In this document: piece by piece, positions 56,957 to 64,000 of the stretch | How the letters are laid out: each line of letters opens with the position of its first letter | How positions within the stretch are numbered: the first letter of the stretch is position 1 | Assembly: GCA_964016885.1 (NCBI GenBank) | Contig: OZ024742.1 | Location: forward strand, 186,434,001 to 186,498,000 | Source of the DNA: Eledone cirrhosa | Lineage: Eukaryota | Length of the DNA stretch: 64,000 bases | Reading direction: 5' to 3' | Translations under genes and position numbers: made by a program | Notes under the pieces: model-generated | What the model saw: the letters and a program-made list of their open reading frames with translations, nothing else | What the model was told of the DNA's origin: nothing | Database searches by the model: none

Positions 56957-56997
56957 GTGCACCTTTCGTCCTTTTTCTCCAACTTTTCTTCACCAAC

Positions 56998-59900
56998 ATG
57001 GCTGGTTTACGAGTTGGAACCGTGAATGTGCGTGGCCTAGGGATGACCTGGAAACAGGGCCAACTTTTAAACGACCTTAGGTCACACAGTATGGATGTGA
57101 TAGCCATCACCGAGTCCAGGATCCACAACATGCAGCAACTAACCCCCATCTTCGACGACTTTGAGATCTACGCATCTCTCTGTCAGCCAGGAGGTGGAGG
57201 TGGAGGTGGAGTGACTGTTATGTTTCGGAAGAACCTGGACGTCGGAGTACAGCAAGTACACTTGGACCCGGAGGGTAGACTGGTAGTCCTAGACGTGAAC
57301 AGTATCGGAGGTGGAGCCTTCAGACTGGTGGCCGTTTATGCCCCGACCGGGCAATCGCAATCACGGCCAGACTTCTTTAAGCGTCTAGAGTCTTTTCTGG
57401 GAACGTCTCGCTCCTTACTTTTAGTGGGGGACTGGAATGGTATCCTAGATGCACGATGGGACTACGTGGGAGCATGTCCCAGTAGAGCGGGGTGCAACAG
57501 CCTCAAAACTTTAATCGGCCAATTCCAACTGGCCGATAGGTATCGACTGGATTTCCCGACTGCACCACAGTGGACGTGGGTAAACCGCAGTGGGACATCT
57601 AGATCGTATTTAGATAGGTTCTTCATTAGAGAAAGGGACAAGGAGATGTTAAGCTGTCCACAAATGCACATGGTTGCCTATTCAGATCACAAGTTAGTCG
57701 TCTGCTTAGTCAACCGTGATAGAATACATAGACAGGGTCCCGGATACTGGAAGCTGAACGTGTCGTTGCCGGCACGTAAAGCTTACAGTGAACGGATAAG
57801 TAGACTAGTCAAGCAACAGTTAACGGGAGCCATCGTCAACAATAGATGGTGGTACTCTCTCAAGAAAGCAATTAGAATAGAATCGATAGGGTATAGCAGA
57901 GAGTTAGCCTTAGAGAAAAACAGAATAGAAAGAGAACTAGTAGCCAAGGTAGAGGAGGCACTTAGAAGTGGCAACGCGGCTAGAGTGTTAGCTTCGAGAA
58001 CGGCACTGGACCAGTTCTTCGATGCGAAACACGAAGGCTGCGTGGTCAGAAGCAAAACACGTGCTCTAGGAAACGAAGGAGCGAAAGCTGTCAGCTGGGC
58101 CCGAGTAGCGGAGGCAAAAAGTGGCAACAAGTCCACGATTCGGTCTTTGAAAGACCAAAACGGACGCGTGCTACTTGACTCCAAGCAAATGTGCGCGGCC
58201 TTTCAGCGGCACTTTGCGCGACTGTTTGAGCAGAACGACGGTGAGCCGAACGGGGCAATGGACTTTAGTTCATACCTCGACGGCCTGCCACGTCTCTCGA
58301 ACACGGACGCCGAGTTCTGCGAAAGACCGATCACGGACACTGAGATACGGGACGCTCTGGGCCGCTGCGGGAAACGCAAGTCACCCGGTCTAGATGGTCT
58401 ACCCTACGAATTTTACATAGGCATGCTGGACTTGTTCTCTGGCGTCCTCGAAGCCGTCTACTGCAATTGGCAGAAGAACGGGAGAATTCCCAGTTCTGCA
58501 GGCAAGGGCGTAGTAACGCTGATAAGGAAAGACGAGAACAAGGGGGACGAAATTAACAACTTCAGGCCCATAACTCTGCTCAACACAGAATTAAAGATTT
58601 TGGCCAAGGTGCTAGCGACGAGGTTGGCGCTTGTCGTCGAGAACCTGGTAGGGAAAGCGCAAACGTGTGCAATCCTGACCAGGTCCATACACGACAACCT
58701 CCACCTCATGCGATACATCATAGAGAGGGTGGGTAGTAAACCCGGCTTCGGTGGGGCTCTGATCAACTTGAATCAGTCTAAGGCATTCGATAGGGTCGAC
58801 CATCGATACTTGGAAGCGGTTCTCAAGGCGGCCGGTTTCGGTCCCGTGTTCAGAGGATGGATCGAGGCGATGCACACCAGCATCTGCTCGAGGGTCAAGG
58901 TGAACGGCTACCTATCGGAGCCGTTCGCAATCACGCGTTCCATTCGCCAGGGATGCCCTCTCTCCTCCATTCTGTATGTATTGACTCTAGAGCCACTACT
59001 GCGGAAATTGGAGCTGTTGCAGGGCATCCCCCTAGAACCGGGACTGCGCAAAGCGGCGTCGGCTTATGGCGACGACGTAACGGTAATGGTGTCGAGCACC
59101 TCGGAAATCGGGGTCATCGGCAACTTACTGAAAGAATACGAAACACTGACGGGAGCAAAACTAAACCCAGACAAGTCTGTCGGCTTGCAACTCGGTACGT
59201 GGAGAGGCAAACCGATGACATCCGACAGCGTCGTTGGACGCTGGACGGACGGATCGGTGAAATTGCTCGGAGTCTGGTTCGGTCCAGACCTCCAGGTGGA
59301 GAAAAACTGGAACGAGGTCACGTCACGGCCAAAGTGTTTGCACTCACTCAGAAGTGGGCAGAGTGCAAACTGTCCTTGAAAGGTCGAGCGGAGGTGGCGA
59401 ACACTTTCATAACGTCCGCCATCTACTACCGCTTGACTGTCGTGCCTTGTCCCCGTGAACACATCGCCAAGATGGAACGCATGCTCTTCCAGTTTCTGTG
59501 GAAGAAGCAGGCCCCGCTGGTGAGGAGATCCGTCTGCTGTCAGCACCCTTCCAACGGAGGGCTGGGAATGCCGTGGCTGATGATGCGCAAACATGCGCTG
59601 AGGCTGCGGCATCTCCAAGTATTCCTGACCGGTAAACCGGTGTGGGCACCGTTTGTGAGACAGGCTTTCCCACAGCTCGTCTCGCTAACGGAGCTGCAGT
59701 CCTGGGTGAAGAAAAGACCGAAAACGATGGGCGCCTGGCACATTGAATGCGCTCAAGCGCTCACAGTCCTCTGGCAAGCGGGCGCAGCAATCAGTGGAGA
59801 CTCCACTTCGACATTCTATAGAGGGATTGTACGTTACAAGGGCGACGACGTGCTCGGAGAGACTCTGGGCGTCGAAGACGATGAGCTCACCAGTCTGTTT

Positions 59901-60451
59901 GGTAGGACTTTCCGCCCGGGACCTATGGACAACCCCAGAGGTCCCTGGCCTGGCAGTGCTACCGAGGAGCTCTACCGGTTCGTGACAAGATCTACAGGCA
60001 CGGACGCCCTGGCAGGGATCCTTCCAAAAGGACGTGTCCAAGATGTGCGCAGGACATTGAAACAGTTCTGCACGCAATTGTACACTGCCCGGGCGTAAGC
60101 GACCTGTGGAACTATGCAGAACAACTGCTGCCGCGTATGGGACAAATCCAGTTGACTGCCGAGTCCATAGTAAGGATCAAACCGCCAGCCTCTTTCAAAA
60201 ACGAAAGAGAGGCGGTTTTCCTCTGTACGGTGGCTATGGTGAAAGAAGTTATATGGTGGACGAGGTTGAGAGGACTGAGGACAGATGCCTTTCTCTCCGG
60301 ACAACAATTGATTCCCTTCTTTAAGTATCACTTTAGAAGGAGAATCAGGGTGGAGAGAGAGGCACTGCACCCCAGTAAATTTACTGAAAGGTGGGTGAAT
60401 GAAGCTAAAATGGCCCGAGTGATTGGGCCTTCTCTGTTTATAAGCCTGTAG
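56998..60451 (+). pseudogene. Tx1-like ORF2: AP endonuclease, reverse transcriptase and CCHC finger
   Basis: TVNVRG, ITE, VYAP, GDWN, YLDRF, SDH; PGLDG, FRPITL, NQSKAFD (D>N), RQGCPLS, YGDD; GGLG; CPRC..H..C; frameshifts near 59325 and 59935 plus a stop near 60098. Confidence 0.95.
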
Positions 60452-60576
60452 GTTGAGGAAGAGAGCAAAAGGAAGAAAGGAGCACTTGCACAACTCGCTT
60501 CTGGAGTTGAGGGTTGTTCTATCGACGGGGTATTAAACAACCCATTTGTGGCGCCTCCCCCCCTATTGGGGATTTC

Positions 60577-61970
60577 GCTTGGTCCAGACCTCCAGGTGAA
60601 CAAGAACTGGAACGAGGTCACGGCGAAGGTGTTTGCACTCACCCAGAAGTGGGCTGAGTGCAAACTCTCCTTGAAAGGTCGAGCGGAGGTGGTGAACACT
60701 TACATAGCGTCCGTCATCTACTACCGCTTCACAGTCGTGCCTTCTCCCCGCGAATACCTCACCAAAATGGAACGCCTACTCTTCAAGTTCCTCTGGAAGA
60801 AACAGGCTGCTTTGGTAAGGAGATCCATCTGCTGTCAACACCCCACTAACGGAGGACTGGGCATGCCGTGGCTGATGACGCGCAAACACGCGCTGAGGCT
60901 ACGCCATCTCCAGGTATTCCTGACCGTTAAACCAGTGTGGCTGTCATTTGTGAGACAAGCTCTTCCACAACTCGTCTCACTAACAGAGCTGCAGTCCTGA
61001 GTCAAGCGAAGACCAAAAATGGGTGCTTGGCACCTCGAGTGCCTTCAGGAGCTCACAGCCCTCTACCAAGCGGAAACGGCAATCAGCGGAGACTCCACTT
61101 CGACATTCTATAGGGGATTAGTGAAGGATAAGTGCGACGACGTTCTCGGGGAAACTCTAGGCATCGAGGAGTACGAACTGACCCGTCTGTTCGGGAGGAC
61201 TTTCCGTCCAGGGCCTATGGATAACTTCCAGAAGTCTCTGGCCTGGCAGTGGAAACTCTACCAGTTCGAGAGAAAATCTACAGGCACGAACGCCCTGGCA
61301 GAGGTTCTGCCAAAAGGACCTGTCCAAGATGCGAGCTGGACATCGAAACCGTTCTGCACGCAATTGTTCAGTCCTCAGGGGTGACCGACCTGTGGAATTA
61401 TGTCGAACAGCTACTGTTACGTGTGGGACGCATCCAGTTGTCATCCGAGTCCATCGTGAGGATTTAAGAATGAAGGAGAGGCGGTTTTCCTCTGTCTGGT
61501 GGCTATGGCGAAAGAGGTAATATGGTGGATGAGGTTAAAAGGACTGAGGGCAAACACCTTTCTCTCCGGACAACTTATTCCCTTCTTTAAGTACCACTTT
61601 AGAAAGTAGGTGAGAGTGGAGAGAGAGGTGTTACACCCCAGTATATTCGCTGAAAGGTGGGTGAATGTGGCGAAAATGGCCCGAGTGAATGGGCCTTCTC
61701 TGTATATAAACCTGTAGGTTGAGGAAGATAAACAGAAGGAAGACGGGAACACCTACAAAACGTGTTCCTGGTGTTGAGGGTTGTTCTATCCACGGGGTGT
61801 AAAACAACCCTGCAGTAACGTTCCCCCCTATTGGGGATTTCAATTGTTATTTTATTATATATAGTTTATTGTTATTTATTAATGTTAAAGTTATATGATT
61901 TTTATGTAAAACCCCCGCCGTCACGTCTTGTAATATCCATTTTTGTACGCCCCTGTAGAAAATAAAGAAG
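60577..61970 (+). mobile_element. Tx1-like LINE, copy 2, 5'-truncated
   Basis: Diverged repeat of 59278-60570 plus a complete 3' UTR ending AATAAAGAAG, then TATCTATC. Confidence 0.92.
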
Positions 61971-61987
61971 CATATCTATCTCGGATA

Positions 61988-62578
61988 GTCTTGACCTGCG
62001 CTGCTTCGCTGGTAAGTTTTTTGTTAATTTTGGATGCAAAAAAAACCGAAATTTTTGTTGAACAAATATATTATTTCGTAGATTAACTTCCCGGCTGAAT
62101 TGTCAGCTGGTGGGTAATCTCATTTTTCGCTTCATAGGGGCGGAAATTTTATTTGAAAAAGTTTTGAAAAAAAAAGAAAAATTATTCTGCTATCAACAAT
62201 GGCAAACGAAGAAGGAACGCTAGTCTCCGCTAAAGCTAATGGAGAGAGAAAGGCAACAGTTAACGTTTCCAAGACGTCTGCCGGCATAGGCGTCACTATG
62301 GTTACAAATGTGACAACATAGTTTTTTTTCGCCAAGAAGGCGAAACAAGAGACTCACAAAATGGACCACACAGCACAGAACACACAACAAAAACCACAGA
62401 TAATGAGACAATTTCCACAACCATAAACCAAAAAAGTGACAACCACAACAACAACAACAACAATACCAAAAAAAATATCTTTCGCTGAGACAGTAACAAA
62501 ACAAGATTTTAGAAATCTCAATATCTCTAATGCTAGCGAGATGCTGAGTGAAGGAAAAAGATCTGTGACTTTCGAAGT

Positions 62579-62653
<75 letters not shown>

Positions 62654-64000
62654 AAAATAAACTCACTCCCTGAAACCCGCTTTGAAACGCTCTGAAGGTC
62701 TGTTACCTTCAGAACTGTTGCAAATGCTACAAGGAAGCCGGCATTCCTCAGTCAAGGGAAATAGAAACTGTATTGAAGGAGGCTTTGCCGGACATAGATT
62801 TCATGCAGAGGGCCAGAGAGTATAGAAGCATTTCGGTGCTCCTCAAAAGCGAAGCCCTCGCACAAAAATATTCTGCGACTCCGGTCACATCTGCCAAATA
62901 TACCTTTTTCCCTACTTACTTGGGAAAAAGAACTCAGAAGATAAAAATCTCCAATATACCACCAAATATCAATATTTGGTGGATTTGGGGAGGATTTTTA
63001 GAGGAGGGAGAGGACACCATCCTCTCCATCAAAAAATCAACCAGACACACGTGGTCTGGTACAAATTTGGAAGTTTTGGTACAAATGAGGCTGGAGAGAA
63101 TCTCCAAGATTCCGGAGAGGGTACTAGTGGACAATAACAGCCACATCAACATTTCTACTGAAAGGTGGAGGCCGGACTGTTTTCAATGTTCCAGCACATC
63201 GCATTTAAAGGCCTCCTGCCCTTTACAGACACACTTCAAAAAGCAAGAAAAAAAAGTACTCTTACCAACACCAATACCAAAACCACCACCACCACCACAA
63301 CAACAACAACACCACACAAAACAAGCAAACACACAAAAGCAAACAACCACTCAACCACAAACAACAGAAAAAACACAGACAACTCCCCTGAAGAACAGAG
63401 TCCCACCCCATCCCACTCCATCCAACACGACCACAAACACACACACACGAAACACTATCACCACACAACATACCACTCCCGCACGCCTCTGATGACGATT
63501 CACCATCAGACGAAGCTACTTCTCCAGCCCCAAGCGAGGATGAAGGAGAGCCTCGGAAATCAAAAAAACAAAACAAAAAATAAGAAACACCGCAAAGCCA
63601 CAAAAACACCAATCACCAACACAAACACACAACCACCGACACAAACACAACACAAACAACACCACAATCAAACCTCCCCCTACCAGCAAAACAAACACCA
63701 ACACCACCCCAAACACAAACACCCACCATAAAAAGAAAACTCCGAGATGAACAACAAACAAAAACAACACAACAAAAACACACACAACAGTACGCATACA
63801 TCAAAACCAACAACAAAAACCTGATGGAGATCATCTCCAAAAAACCCAAAGTGGAGACCGAGGGGAAACCTTTTGTGAAATCAGGATCAGCACCACACCT
63901 GAAATTGATAAGAGTTCCAATAGAAACTTAACAAACTGAAAAACGAATTTTCGCAGGACGTCGGAAATCCCTGCCAAAAACCCATAAACCTCGTCCTATT
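61988..64000 (+). mobile_element. Tx1-like LINE, copy 3, 5' part (UTR plus disrupted ORF1), running off the window
   Basis: 5' UTR like 54880-55080; ATG 62199; CFQCSSTSHLKASC knuckle; (GT)n expansion 62582-62651. Confidence 0.9.

Larger units (their letters stand above)
54880..60576 (+). mobile_element. Tx1-like (L1 group) LINE, copy 1, near full length
   Basis: 5' UTR shared with copy 3; ORF1 plus APE-RT ORF2; 3' UTR broken at 60576. Confidence 0.93.

Noticed and set aside
56953-57013. AG|GTAAGT at the ORF1 stop as an ORF1-ORF2 fusion intron
   Set aside because: The first downstream AG gives an out-of-frame join; only one copy is visible.

Overview
AT-rich eukaryotic (metazoan) intergenic or intronic DNA saturated with (AT)n, (CA)n, (ACC)n, (AAC)n, (CCAA)n and (TATG)n microsatellites. 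The repeat repertoire looks cephalopod/Octopus-like (inference). No host protein-coding gene is recognisable, and nearly all supplied ORFs are microsatellite artefacts. The real coding content is retroelement-derived: a near full-length Penelope-like element (RT plus C-terminal GIY-YIG, ~37.75-40.7 kb, minus), a second PLE endonuclease remnant (~34.1-34.8 kb), a head-to-tail array of three Tx1-like LINE copies next to (TATC)n (54.9-64 kb) plus a 3' fragment at 47.8 kb, RTE remnants and many tRNA-derived SINEs. The main hidden signal is non-coding. About 20 type I hammerhead-ribozyme (HHR) motifs, intact or variant, come from at least 10 unrelated sequence families. They mostly sit in short fold-back (inverted) insertions inside (AT)n tracts. 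About nine of these families also carry a covarying bulged hairpin (RCTC-stem-loop-stem-2 nt bulge-GAGY-RCY) 26-63 nt downstream of the cleavage site and a few nt beyond where the short inverted arm stops. This is a candidate conserved RNA signal for internal initiation of reverse transcription. All alignments and folds were done by eye.
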